A stretch of DNA of 64,000 nt, from assembly GCA_030429545.1 (NCBI GenBank), contig JAUIFF010000001.1, positions 147,599 through 211,598 of the forward strand. Direction: 5' to 3'. The translations under genes and the position numbers were made by a program. The stretch is from Polyangia bacterium. GTDB lineage: Bacteria; Myxococcota_A; Polyangia; Nannocystales; Nannocystaceae. Numbering within the stretch: the first letter of the stretch is position 1; every line of letters starts with the position of its first letter. The notes below the pieces were generated by a model. It was not told the DNA's origin, searched no databases, and saw only the letters and a program-made list of their open reading frames with translations. Below, piece after piece: positions 48,386 through 57,847 of this stretch.

Positions 48386-48883
48386 TTAGTTGTTCTTCGC
48401 CCAGGAATCCTCGTGCTCCGAATTGTGGCCTGAGCCATTGTAGATCCAGCGGATCGTATGAAAGACAAACGCAACTTCTTCAGTGGGCGGCTCGACCGAG
48501 CTCGCAGGGTCAACCGCGCTCGGCGAGTGACGTGCAATCGAAGAGATACGCCCATGGGAGATAGCGATCGTAAAGAATTGCTCCGTCGTTCCGTCGCCGG
48601 ATGGGCTCGGTCGATAGAACCGAAACTCGCCCTCAATTTCCTCATTGTTACAGAGTGCCTTCGCCAATAGGGGAGAGCTCGCGTCGATACGTTTTTGGAT
48701 GCGAATGGGCTCATAGGTACGGCGGCCGGTAGCCTGTCCGGTGCCACGTTCACGCGCGGTGCGAACCGCATCGTCGAAGCGTACACACTCGATTGAAGCG
48801 TCCCGTCCGAGCGACACTTGGGTACTTTCACCTTTAATGTCGGTGCCATTTGCGCGAAGAAAAAGATGTACTGATTCAGCCAT
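48386..48883 (-). CDS. hcp: T6SS tube protein Hcp (TssD)
   Basis: Start refined to MAESVHLFLRANGTDIKGEST... (166 aa). Hcp1-family pattern (I.G....H.G.I....F......E.....I.K..D.SSP.L..A...NEEI). First gene of the minus-strand T6SS operon. Confidence 0.8.
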   Translation of the reverse strand: MAESVHLFLRANGTDIKGESTQVSLGRDASIECVRFDDAVRTARERGTGQATGRRTYEPIRIQKRIDASSPLLAKALCNNEEIEGEFRFYRPSPSGDGTTEQFFTIAISHGRISSIARHSPSAVDPASSVEPPTEEVAFVFHTIRWIYNGSGHNSEHEDSWAKNN

Positions 48884-49077
48884 GGGAGAGTGATGATTCA
48901 GGTGCTTGAAGGTGTCAAACAAAAAATCCGAACTTTTTGATGTCCTAGATGCCGTCCTGTATTCGGGACAACGGGCCAGCGCTCCCTGATGAGGTGTGAG
49001 GTGATGTTTATAAGTGTTTGAAAATATAGAATTTGAATCTTGGTTTGAGAGTTGCTTGCATGGAAGTGGAGCAGACA
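48884..49077. promoter_or_regulatory. Divergent T6SS promoter region (hcp operon leftwards, tssJ operon rightwards), locally AT-rich
   Basis: 194-bp intergenic region between divergent operons. GC content visibly lower (tgtttgaaaatatagaatttgaatcttgg...). Confidence 0.5.
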
Positions 49078-49629
49078 ATGAAAGTAAATCTAGGTTCATG
49101 GCAAACACGTTTGAGGCGAGTGAAGTACCTCTATCTTATCGTGGGTACTTGTATTTCTTGTGGCCAGATTCAGGAGGCCGCTGTAGAGTCCCCTGCTTGT
49201 TCGGAAGAGCGGCGAGTGTTGCGGCTGCAGCTACACACGGGGGAACATATTAACCGTAGTCAATCAGGGCAGTCACTCCCGGTTCGGGTCACCGTGATTC
49301 AAAGCGAGTCCTCTCTATTGCCGTATGTTTTAGAGAAAGCTCTACAGCCGAGGGACATCCGCGATGTCGAGGAAGTTCTCGATACCCAAACGGTAACGCT
49401 ATATCCAAACGACGAATTCGTGCTTGAGGTGCCTCGTGAAGATGCCTCCGGCGTCGTAGCTGTGGCAGCTGAAGTTCGTGCTCCCCGGGGTGTTGCCTGG
49501 TTTGACGAGGTCGAGCTCGACAGCGACGGCTCCTGTCAGCCGACGAGCGTGACATCCGTAGTGAACCTTGATGAAGTCCGGGTCAGCATGACGCCATTTC
49601 GTCGGGACAGGAGTACTGGTAATGATTAG
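49078..49629 (+). CDS. tssJ: T6SS membrane-complex lipoprotein TssJ (putative)
   Basis: Start refined to MKVNLGSWQTRLRRVKYLYLIVGTCISCGQ (signal with Cys). ~183 aa. Immediately precedes tssK-tssL-tssM, the canonical position. Confidence 0.55.
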   Translation: MKVNLGSWQTRLRRVKYLYLIVGTCISCGQIQEAAVESPACSEERRVLRLQLHTGEHINRSQSGQSLPVRVTVIQSESSLLPYVLEKALQPRDIRDVEEVLDTQTVTLYPNDEFVLEVPREDASGVVAVAAEVRAPRGVAWFDEVELDSDGSCQPTSVTSVVNLDEVRVSMTPFRRDRSTGND

Positions 49630-50848
49630 CAGAAACGAACGGGTTGCGTGGCGTGATGGCATGCTACTTTTGCCACAGCACCTTCAGTATCAAGATAATG
49701 TCGTTTATCGACATCTGGCCCGCCTCGTCCAAGGTGCGCAGCCCTATCCGCACGGCCTCGTACGCCTTGACCTCGACGAATCTCTTTTGCTCGAGGGGCG
49801 CATCTCGATATCCTGGTTCGAGGCAGTTATTCCAGGCTTGGGGCTTACCTGGTGTGGTAGTCAAAGTGGGGAAGTACTCGGTCGTGAGCTGAACACTGAA
49901 GCTGATTTCGTCAAAGTCTACGTAGGTGTTCAAAATGCTGTAAGTAGGGTCTACCGGTCGTGCACGAAGAAAGTTTCAGATATAATCGAAACAGACGCGC
50001 ACACTGAAGTCGAGACTTTGGTTGATGATTTGCAGGTGCTAATCGGTGATGACGAGTGCCGGGGATTTCATGTGTGTCTGGTCGCCTGTTTAGAGCGGGT
50101 CGAAGGCCGTTTTCAGCTGAGTGAGGGGGAGGCCCCGTCTTCACTGCGCGTGGGGGCGGTGCAGAGTCTTCTAAGGAGGTTTCGCCGGGCCGGAAGCACC
50201 CTGGCGAGGGTCGTCGATGCGTTGCGTGCACGACCCGCGAGTCCGGGGTTGGGGAACGTGTTGGCGCCTTTGAGGGTTCGTCTCGAGCACCAGCTTGCGG
50301 CAAATGTTCACCCTTTCAGTGCTTGGTCGACGCTCGCGGAGGCGATTGCGGCGATGGATAGCGAGGCCAGCTTACCACTGCGTTACCGGCATCAAGCCCT
50401 AGGCTCGACAATGAAAGAAATCGAAACACAGCTTGGTGTGGTAACTGCGCAGTATCTTGAAACAGTGGAGACCGAGTTGGTGCTCGAACCACGCGACACC
50501 CACTCACTGCGCCTTGGGTTGACGGGCAAGGCCTCACTGATGGGGGTTGAGCGTGCACGCCTGATCTTTTACATGCGACGGGACGAGGACTCCTTAACAT
50601 GCGAGTCCTTGGCTCGGATATGTAAGTTTGCGCCGGAAGATAGCTTTGAGCAACGTCTGGACCGCGCGCTTCCAGGGGTGGCTCTACGCCCGAGTCGCGC
50701 CCGTTTGCAAGCGAACGAGCGGGTCCTCGAACTCGACAGTAAAAGTGCCGGTTGGCAGGAGCTACAAGCTGCGAAATCTGCAGCATTATTTGTCCCAGCT
50801 GAAGTGCTCAAGCGCGTCGAGCGGGTGAGTCTAGAACGCCTCATGTAG
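49622..50848 (+). CDS. tssK: T6SS baseplate subunit TssK
   Basis: 408 aa. N-terminus ERVAWRDGMLLLPQHLQYQDN matches the TssK signature (V.W.EGM.L.PQHFQQ.D). GGAG RBS. Overlaps the tssJ end. Confidence 0.8.
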   Translation: MISRNERVAWRDGMLLLPQHLQYQDNVVYRHLARLVQGAQPYPHGLVRLDLDESLLLEGRISISWFEAVIPGLGLTWCGSQSGEVLGRELNTEADFVKVYVGVQNAVSRVYRSCTKKVSDIIETDAHTEVETLVDDLQVLIGDDECRGFHVCLVACLERVEGRFQLSEGEAPSSLRVGAVQSLLRRFRRAGSTLARVVDALRARPASPGLGNVLAPLRVRLEHQLAANVHPFSAWSTLAEAIAAMDSEASLPLRYRHQALGSTMKEIETQLGVVTAQYLETVETELVLEPRDTHSLRLGLTGKASLMGVERARLIFYMRRDEDSLTCESLARICKFAPEDSFEQRLDRALPGVALRPSRARLQANERVLELDSKSAGWQELQAAKSAALFVPAEVLKRVERVSLERLM

Positions 50849-50865
50849 AGGAGATCGGGGATGCA

Positions 50866-51504
50866 ATGGTGAGTCTGTTTATTCAAGAAACCTCCCGCGA
50901 ACTGTGCGGAGTTGTTGCGTCTGTCCGGGGTGCTCAGTCGTTGGCCTGTACGCCCGAGGCGATCCGCCAGCTTGTCTTCGAGGCCTACAATAAAAGTCTG
51001 CAAACCGCGATAAGCCTGGGCTCCACCCGTGAGCGGGGGCGAGTTGTACTCTATCCATTTGTTGCTTTGGTCGACGAAGTCTTGTTGCGCGGCCCGGTCG
51101 AATTACGAGAGTACTGGCGAGCGAATCTCCTTCAGGCACGGATCTACGGGAATACGCGGGCAGGTGAGGACTTTTTTACGAGGCTGCGGGCGAGCTCAGT
51201 TCCGGAGGTCCGCTACGCGTATCTGCTCGCGCTTTCGCTTGGGTTTGAGGGAAAGTATGCGGGAGGCGATAGCAGTGAGCTCGTGCGTGAGCGTGAGCGC
51301 CTGTTTCGTCAGTTCGCCGAACGACCAACCCTCCATGCAAACCGAAGCTCGGAGCGACTCCAAAGTTCGCGTGTCGTCAGCCCAAGGTTCGTTGCATTTC
51401 CGGTGGCAGTTCTCGCGTGTGTCCTCATACACATCTACATGTTTCGCCGAGTCGAACAGCAAGTATCGCAATTTTTACAGTTTATCGAACACGTTTATGG
51501 GTAG
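50866..51504 (+). CDS. tssL: T6SS membrane subunit TssL (DotU family)
   Basis: 212 aa. DotU-like core (LYPFVALVDEVLL...YAYLLALSLGFEGKY) and C-terminal TM helix (FVAFPVAVLACVLIHIYMF). Confidence 0.8.
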   Translation: MVSLFIQETSRELCGVVASVRGAQSLACTPEAIRQLVFEAYNKSLQTAISLGSTRERGRVVLYPFVALVDEVLLRGPVELREYWRANLLQARIYGNTRAGEDFFTRLRASSVPEVRYAYLLALSLGFEGKYAGGDSSELVRERERLFRQFAERPTLHANRSSERLQSSRVVSPRFVAFPVAVLACVLIHIYMFRRVEQQVSQFLQFIEHVYG

Positions 51505-51512
51505 AGACAACG

Positions 51513-54500
51513 ATGGTTATCGCAAGTATCGCAATCTTAATTTTACTGCCATGGGTGGGAGCCCTCATTGGTTGGATATCCTTCAAGATGGCAGCGGTGG
51601 TTGCCCTTTTTATCGTTCTGGGCTGCCTAGCGACGATCGGAGGCCGACGGCTGTGGGAGGCTCGTACTTCAAGAAAACTCGAGGTCGAACTTCTCACCAG
51701 CGCGGAGCGACTCGACCAGGACCAAAGCCCAGATGCACAGCTTAAGCTCGAGGAGCTAAGGACATCATTTGCCGGGACAATGCGCGAGCTACGGCAGTCG
51801 CAACTCGGGGGCGGTGGGCGCCGAGCACTCTACGCATTGCCGTGGTACGTCGTGATCGGTCCGCCGGGGGTGGGGAAGACGACGGCGATTGGTCGCAGCG
51901 GGTTGAAGTTTCCGCTGCGCTCCGCAACCTCACCCATACGAGGGATCGGTGGCACGCGCAATTGCGAATGGTGGCTTGCGAACGAAGCAGTCATCATCGA
52001 CACCGCCGGTCGCTATACCGCAGATGTTGAGGACCACGGGGAGTGGCTCGAATTCCTGGGTCTACTCAAGCGCTATCGCGGAAGGGCGCCACTCAATGGA
52101 GTGATTGTCGCGGTGAGTACCGAGCACGTGTACCGGCAAGACGAGGGCGAACTCAGTCGGCACGCCCGGCAGATACGGACCCGAATTGATGAAATCCAAC
52201 GACAATTAGGCATTGTTGTTCCGGTCTACGTCATGCTCACCAAATGTGACCTTTTACCGGGTTTCTCGGAGGTTTTCGGCGAGCTCGAGAAATCAAAGTG
52301 TGATGAAGCATTTGGTGTGACGTGGGACAGCGGCCAGAAGCCGCTTGAAGGTCTGCTAGAACAGGTTCAACACACGTGTCTGACGCGTCTCCAGGAATGT
52401 CCGCGGTTGGAGGACCGCGACCAAATTTATCGCTTCGCGCACAATTTTGGTGCGCTGCTCCACTCCGCTTCCCAGCTGATCGACGAGACCTTTGCGACCT
52501 CCGCGTACGAGGAAAACCCCAGGCTTCGAGGAGTGTATTTCACGAGCGCTCTGCAGGAGGGGAGCCCCATCGACGATGCCCGGGGGAGCCTTGCGCAGGC
52601 TTTCGGAGTGTCGCTCGCCACTAGTGAGGCGAAACCCTCGGTCCAGAGGCAGTACTTTCTACGTAGACTTTTCCCGGAAAAAATCTTCACGGAAGCAGGG
52701 CTTGTCGCCCGTTCAGCTCGACGCAGTCGCCGGCGAGCAACTGTGAGACGTGCAACCGCAATCGCCATGTGTGCGTGCCTCGCAGGACTGTCCCTTGGGA
52801 GTGGTCTGGTTGCCCGCGCGGTTGGCCTCAAGGTACGTGTCGCCGAGCGTTCCCTGGGAGAAGCATCCGTGCTGCTACATCGAGGGCAGCTATCTGAAGG
52901 GTTTCGCGAGCTAGAGCTCTTGCATGATGTCGCACGAGAACCCGCAGCAACCACAAAGGTATTCCCCGAAATATATAGCTCAAGTGCGCTTAAGCGGATC
53001 GTCGCAGGCGTCCGGCAAACACGATTAGAGGCGGTTGCGACTTTTTGTGTGGAACCGGCAATCGATGAGCTGGCCACAGAGTTGCAGGGTCAACCGAGCC
53101 GAGAGCTGCTTGCGGCCATACAATTGCTATTTCACAACACCGAACAGCTGGTGGCATTTCACGATTGGTACCCCTGGCTTGTTGAGCAGGTCGCTAGTCG
53201 GACTATAGATGGCTGCCGTCAGCAGGACGTTGCCTGGTACCTGCGGACGACCCGTGGGAGCTTGGAGCCACCCGAGCAGCTAGACCGGCTGGTTGAGGCC
53301 GCCAAGTCACAGATTTTAACCGCAGAGCAGCAGCTACTCCCCCCACTTTCGCGCCTGTGTGCCGAAACAGACGAGCTCGACATCAGTTTGTCTCAGGTGA
53401 TTCGTGATGATGCAACGGTTGTGAGTGAGGTTGATGTGCCGGGTTGTTTTACCCGGGCTGGTCGGGCGCTCGTCGAGGAGCGACTCGCCGTCTTGCAAAC
53501 GCCTTCCCGGTTTGAAGCGTCGTGGGTTGCACCTACACCCAAGCGCCAGGCAGGGTGGCAGCGAGATCTCAGTGAGCTAGGCGACTTGTATACTCAAACA
53601 TATATTCGGCAGTGGAACGATTTTGTCGAAGGCGTCTCGCTACGAGAGTTCGCGGACGAACAGCTACCTGTTGTACTGCGCGCGTACATGCGGGAGCCGG
53701 GACCTGTCGAGCGCGTATTGAAATTGGTAGAGCAACAAACTCAGTTCGAGCGGGGAACTTCCTTGCAAAAGCTCGCCCTTCCACCTACTCGAAGTTCGGC
53801 GCGCGACACAAAGATTTCGCTGGCTTTCGTGGGTCTACTGTCGCTCGCCAAGGGTGGTGATGACGAACAGGCTTCGCTCGTTAGCCGTCACCGTGAGTTC
53901 ACGACCCGGGCAAGTGACGCTCTGGCAAAGCTAGCAGGCGACCCAGACGCAGCCGACAGTGTTTCGAGTGAACTTCAGGAGCTCGTTGTCGAAACCCAGC
54001 GTTTGGTCGCACAGCATCCCCAGGCGGCGCAGGCTCTCGCCCAACGCCTGCTCGTCGGGCCATTGCGACGAGCCCAAGTCGCGGCGAGTCACTCGAAGGG
54101 TGCCTGGATTCAAAGTCGCTGGTGCGGAGACGTCGTGGCGCCGATCGAGCGGGAGATTCAAAAGAAGTACCCGTTTACTCGAGACACGGACGATGAAGTG
54201 TCTGGCACGGCATTTGCCAAACTAGTCGGCTCACGAGGCTATCTATGGCGGTTTTATACAGAGTCTCTCGTCAGTCTGTTGCCCGAGACAGGTCGTGACG
54301 GTTTTCGTCGAAGTCGGCAGGCAGGCGGGCGTAAGCTGCTACGGAAGTCTATCGAGAGTTTCTACACCTCAGCCCGGGATGTCCAAACGTCGTGGGGTGG
54401 GGGCGAAGCCGAAACGCCGACTCTCGAGCTCGAACTCATGATTCATCCAACCCCGAGTGTCGGGTCCGTTCATCTACAACTGGGCGATAAAAACTACGAG

Positions 54501-54887
54501 TATCACAACGGACAGGAAACATGGCACTACATCAAGTACAGTCCCACGCGATTACCTGCGCGGCTCTCAATCACTGGCAAGAATTTTGAGCAAACAATCT
54601 ACGGCGATGGCGAGTGGAGTTTGCTCCGCCTCCTCGACCAAGGTCGCGTTGTCGAGTCCGATGACAACCAGGTTGTCATTGTCGAGTTTCCGGTGCACGG
54701 ACTATCAAGCGACCACCCGCGGATCTCCATACGCCTGTTGGGAGGCGCTGGAGAGGTCGCCCGCCGCCGAGAGTTGGGCAGCTCCGGTGAGGGGTTGCTC
54801 GGGTTGTTTCGTAACCGAGTCAGTCAGCCTCCAAAGCGTCTGGCGACAAAATCAAAGGGCTGTCATGAAATTGCTGGCGAAGAGTAG
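51513..54887 (+). CDS. tssM: T6SS membrane subunit TssM (IcmF family)
   Basis: Start refined to MVIASIAILILLPWVGALIGWISF (TM helices). Walker A GPPGVGKTT. ~1124 aa. Large periplasmic C-terminal region. Confidence 0.85.
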   Translation: MVIASIAILILLPWVGALIGWISFKMAAVVALFIVLGCLATIGGRRLWEARTSRKLEVELLTSAERLDQDQSPDAQLKLEELRTSFAGTMRELRQSQLGGGGRRALYALPWYVVIGPPGVGKTTAIGRSGLKFPLRSATSPIRGIGGTRNCEWWLANEAVIIDTAGRYTADVEDHGEWLEFLGLLKRYRGRAPLNGVIVAVSTEHVYRQDEGELSRHARQIRTRIDEIQRQLGIVVPVYVMLTKCDLLPGFSEVFGELEKSKCDEAFGVTWDSGQKPLEGLLEQVQHTCLTRLQECPRLEDRDQIYRFAHNFGALLHSASQLIDETFATSAYEENPRLRGVYFTSALQEGSPIDDARGSLAQAFGVSLATSEAKPSVQRQYFLRRLFPEKIFTEAGLVARSARRSRRRATVRRATAIAMCACLAGLSLGSGLVARAVGLKVRVAERSLGEASVLLHRGQLSEGFRELELLHDVAREPAATTKVFPEIYSSSALKRIVAGVRQTRLEAVATFCVEPAIDELATELQGQPSRELLAAIQLLFHNTEQLVAFHDWYPWLVEQVASRTIDGCRQQDVAWYLRTTRGSLEPPEQLDRLVEAAKSQILTAEQQLLPPLSRLCAETDELDISLSQVIRDDATVVSEVDVPGCFTRAGRALVEERLAVLQTPSRFEASWVAPTPKRQAGWQRDLSELGDLYTQTYIRQWNDFVEGVSLREFADEQLPVVLRAYMREPGPVERVLKLVEQQTQFERGTSLQKLALPPTRSSARDTKISLAFVGLLSLAKGGDDEQASLVSRHREFTTRASDALAKLAGDPDAADSVSSELQELVVETQRLVAQHPQAAQALAQRLLVGPLRRAQVAASHSKGAWIQSRWCGDVVAPIEREIQKKYPFTRDTDDEVSGTAFAKLVGSRGYLWRFYTESLVSLLPETGRDGFRRSRQAGGRKLLRKSIESFYTSARDVQTSWGGGEAETPTLELELMIHPTPSVGSVHLQLGDKNYEYHNGQETWHYIKYSPTRLPARLSITGKNFEQTIYGDGEWSLLRLLDQGRVVESDDNQVVIVEFPVHGLSSDHPRISIRLLGGAGEVARRRELGSSGEGLLGLFRNRVSQPPKRLATKSKGCHEIAGEE

Positions 54888-55734
54888 ATATAAGCCGCTG
54901 TCTGGGTTGAAAACTCCAAAGCTGGGGTATTTCGGCAAGGTTCCCTCACACAATGAGTTTGTCTCACACAACTTCTCCGGCGGTGTCGGTCGCGATATGT
55001 CGAAGTGTTTTGAGTTACTCTGGCAGTCTTGCGACGCGCATGACCACGTAAAGTTTGTCCTCCACCGGCACAGGGGTCGTGCCACAATGAGTGGCGTTTG
55101 CAGCGTTAGCCACGACAAAGTTGGACGGAGGGCACCATTTATTCGCTTTGCGATCCTGCCACAGTATCGTCGGGGTCAAGTTGTGCCTTTTTTGTTGTCG
55201 AGCTGGTTGTGCCAGGCCCACCGTCAGATTCCAGTAGACAACGCCCAGGCCGCTGGAGAGTTGGCACGTCGAGAAGTGATTGTGCGTCGTCAGCTACGGG
55301 AGATGTTGACATGGAAGTTGCCAAACGGGCTGAGCGGGGACGTTCTGGCAATGTCTCCCTCCGAGCGTGACTATGCATTTGCCTGCCTTTGGCAGGCGAG
55401 CCAGCGCATTCTCAGTCCTGCGGACATCGGATTTAGTCTCGAGCTTCCCGCGCCAAACGTTCTTGCTCAAACATTTTGGCACTACTATTGGCAGTCCCTG
55501 CTCGAACACACAGACCGAACAATAATTTTTTTGTGGAACGACTACTGTTCTACGATTATAGTTCAGCCCGTAGGACGAAGTCCGAACCTCGCAAGGTGGC
55601 GGCTTACGACTCCGGGGGAGGAAGCTCGCCTCAGGGTTGGGCAGGGGCTAGTAGCATCGTGGCAACAGATAGTTGAGCGCCGAGAAACAACTTTGCAGAG
55701 CACTACAGACGAGCTTGTTGACAACTTGAAGTAA
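54865..55734 (+). CDS. tagF: T6SS-associated protein TagF
   Basis: ATG at 54865, 23 nt inside the tssM 3' end. N-terminal GYFGKVPSHNEFVSHNF matches the TagF signature (GWFGKLPSRGDFV). 289 aa. Confidence 0.7.
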   Translation: MKLLAKSRYKPLSGLKTPKLGYFGKVPSHNEFVSHNFSGGVGRDMSKCFELLWQSCDAHDHVKFVLHRHRGRATMSGVCSVSHDKVGRRAPFIRFAILPQYRRGQVVPFLLSSWLCQAHRQIPVDNAQAAGELARREVIVRRQLREMLTWKLPNGLSGDVLAMSPSERDYAFACLWQASQRILSPADIGFSLELPAPNVLAQTFWHYYWQSLLEHTDRTIIFLWNDYCSTIIVQPVGRSPNLARWRLTTPGEEARLRVGQGLVASWQQIVERRETTLQSTTDELVDNLK

Positions 55735-55746
55735 TTGGAGAAAGTA

Positions 55747-56265
55747 ATGACTAAAGGAAATTCAGTCGCGCCAACAGAGCGTGTCAATATTCGCTATAAA
55801 AGCCACGTTGGTGAGGCCCAAGAAGAGGTTGAGCTGCCACTCAAGATCCTGGTCCTTGGCGACCTGACGGGTTCCGAGGACGACCGTGTTGTCGAGGAGC
55901 GCAAACCGGTTCGGGTCACGCCAGACAACTTCAACGAAGTTCTTGGGGCTTCCAATGTTCGGGTCAACTTGGACGTTACAGACCAGTTGCGAGCAGGTGC
56001 GGCCGGCGAGAAGTTGCCGGTTTCGTTACACATAAAAAAGCTCAGCGACCTGACCCCCGACGGGATCGTCGCGCAGGTGCCAGAGTTGCGTGAGCTATTG
56101 GCACTACGCAATGCCTTGAGTTCTTTGCGTGGGCCCCTCGGTAACCGGCCCAACTTCCGAAAGCGGTTGCAGCAGGCGCTATCGCAGCCGCAATTGCGAG
56201 ACGAGCTGCGCAGGGCCCTCGCAGAGGGAGAGAGCGGAGGCCAGACCGACGCGAGCGATGAGTAA
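55747..56265 (+). CDS. tssB: T6SS sheath small subunit TssB (VipA)
   Basis: GGAGAAAG RBS then ATG 55747 (the track's TTG is at 55735). ERVNIRYKSHVGEAQEEVELPLKILVLGDLTG matches the TssB core. Confidence 0.85.
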   Translation: MTKGNSVAPTERVNIRYKSHVGEAQEEVELPLKILVLGDLTGSEDDRVVEERKPVRVTPDNFNEVLGASNVRVNLDVTDQLRAGAAGEKLPVSLHIKKLSDLTPDGIVAQVPELRELLALRNALSSLRGPLGNRPNFRKRLQQALSQPQLRDELRRALAEGESGGQTDASDE

Positions 56266-56337
56266 GCGTAGGTTCTCTGAACGTCGCGGTGTGGAACATG
56301 CCGCAGATATTCCCAACCAGAATCTTTGGAGCGTGAT

Positions 56338-57819
56338 ATGGAGAAGACAGTTCAAACACAATATGCAGATAAGCCGACGACGGCACCGATTCTAGATGAG
56401 TTACTCGGCCACGCGAGGGTCGATAAAAACGATGCGGAAACCTATGCAGTCGTGCGTCAGGGAATGGGGGCGTTTGTCGAGCGTTGGGGCGAGGCGAGTT
56501 CAATGGGAACAAGTCGCGTCGATGTACAAGCTGTCGACTGCGTGATCGCTGAGCTTGACCGACGGATCTCTGCTCAGGTCAATGAGATTCTGCATACACC
56601 GGGTTTCCAAAAAATTGAATCTGCGTGGAGGGGTCTCAAGTTTCTCGTCGACCGTGTGGATTTTCGCGAGAATATCGAGGTTGAGGTCGTCAATCTGTCC
56701 AAGCAGGACCTCCGTGAAGACTTTGAAGATAGCCCCGAACGGGTAAAGTCGGGGTTGTATCGAATGGTCTACTCCTCGGAGTTTGGGACCCACGGGGGGA
56801 AACCTTACGGTCTACTTGTTGCAAACTACGACTTTGGTCCGGGGGCGAGTGATCTCGAGCTGTTGGCAGACTGCGCCGCCGTTGCTGCCATGGCCCACGC
56901 TCCAATGATCACAAATGCTGCCCCCGCAATGTTCGGAGCGAGTTCATTTGCCGAGGTTCCGCGCCTACGCGACCTTCGTTCGTTGTTTGACGGTCCGCAA
57001 TATGCCCGGTGGCAATCACTGCGTAGCAGTGAAGATGCTCGTTACTTGGGAATGTGCATGCCACGTTTTTTGCTGCGGCAACCCTACGATGCCGTCGATT
57101 TGCCTTCCCGCACGTTCTCGTTCAATGAGGAGGTTGCAGGGGAGCACGAGAACTATCTGTGGGGCTACGCCTCCATGGCATTCGCCAGCCGGGTCGCCGA
57201 TTCGTTTGCGAAGTACCGTTGGTGCCCCAACATTATCGGGCCGCAATCGGGCGGCGAGGTGCAAGGGCTACCACTGCATCACTACCACGCACTAGGCGAG
57301 TTGCAAACGAAGATTTCGACGGAGGTACTGATTTCAGAAAGGCGTGAGTTTGAGCTGGCAGAGGAGGGGTTTGTCTCGTTGGTGTTTCGCAAGGGTGCCG
57401 ACAATGCCTGTTTCTTTTCGGCCAACTCGGTGCAAAAGCCACGGGTGTTTGCAAGCGATGAGGAGGGGCAAGCAGCCGAGGCGAACTACCGTTTGGGAAC
57501 GCAGCTACCATACATGTTTATCATGACGCGGCTGGCACACTACCTTAAGGTTTTACAGCGTGAGCAGCTCGGGTCGTGGAAGGAGCGGGCGGACCTCGAG
57601 CGCGAGCTCAACCGCTGGCTCAGCCAATACGTCGCCGACATGGAGAGCCCCGCACCAGGAGTACGTTCGCGTAAACCCCTACGCCAGGCTTCGGTGGAGG
57701 TGGAGGACGTCAACGGACAGCCGGGTTGGTACCGGTGCCACCTCAAAGTTCGGCCACACTTCAAGTACATGGGAGCGTCTTTCACCCTGTCGCTGGTCGG
57801 TAAGCTCGATCGAGAATAG
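56338..57819 (+). CDS. tssC: T6SS sheath large subunit TssC (VipB)
   Basis: About 493 aa. Conserved ESAWRGLKFLVDRVDF..., C-terminal region and length typical of TssC. Start at 56338 (GGAG RBS) or 56326. Confidence 0.9.
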   Translation: MEKTVQTQYADKPTTAPILDELLGHARVDKNDAETYAVVRQGMGAFVERWGEASSMGTSRVDVQAVDCVIAELDRRISAQVNEILHTPGFQKIESAWRGLKFLVDRVDFRENIEVEVVNLSKQDLREDFEDSPERVKSGLYRMVYSSEFGTHGGKPYGLLVANYDFGPGASDLELLADCAAVAAMAHAPMITNAAPAMFGASSFAEVPRLRDLRSLFDGPQYARWQSLRSSEDARYLGMCMPRFLLRQPYDAVDLPSRTFSFNEEVAGEHENYLWGYASMAFASRVADSFAKYRWCPNIIGPQSGGEVQGLPLHHYHALGELQTKISTEVLISERREFELAEEGFVSLVFRKGADNACFFSANSVQKPRVFASDEEGQAAEANYRLGTQLPYMFIMTRLAHYLKVLQREQLGSWKERADLERELNRWLSQYVADMESPAPGVRSRKPLRQASVEVEDVNGQPGWYRCHLKVRPHFKYMGASFTLSLVGKLDRE

Positions 57820-57847
57820 ATGTAACTGAAACGCGTGGTAGGTTGAT

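Noticed and set aside
48884-49010. Possible sigma-54 promoter (ctGGcccgttgtcccg) upstream of hcp
   Set aside because: The spacing between the GG and the downstream GC does not fit the -24/-12 consensus (TGGCAC-N5-TTGC). Not supportable by eye.
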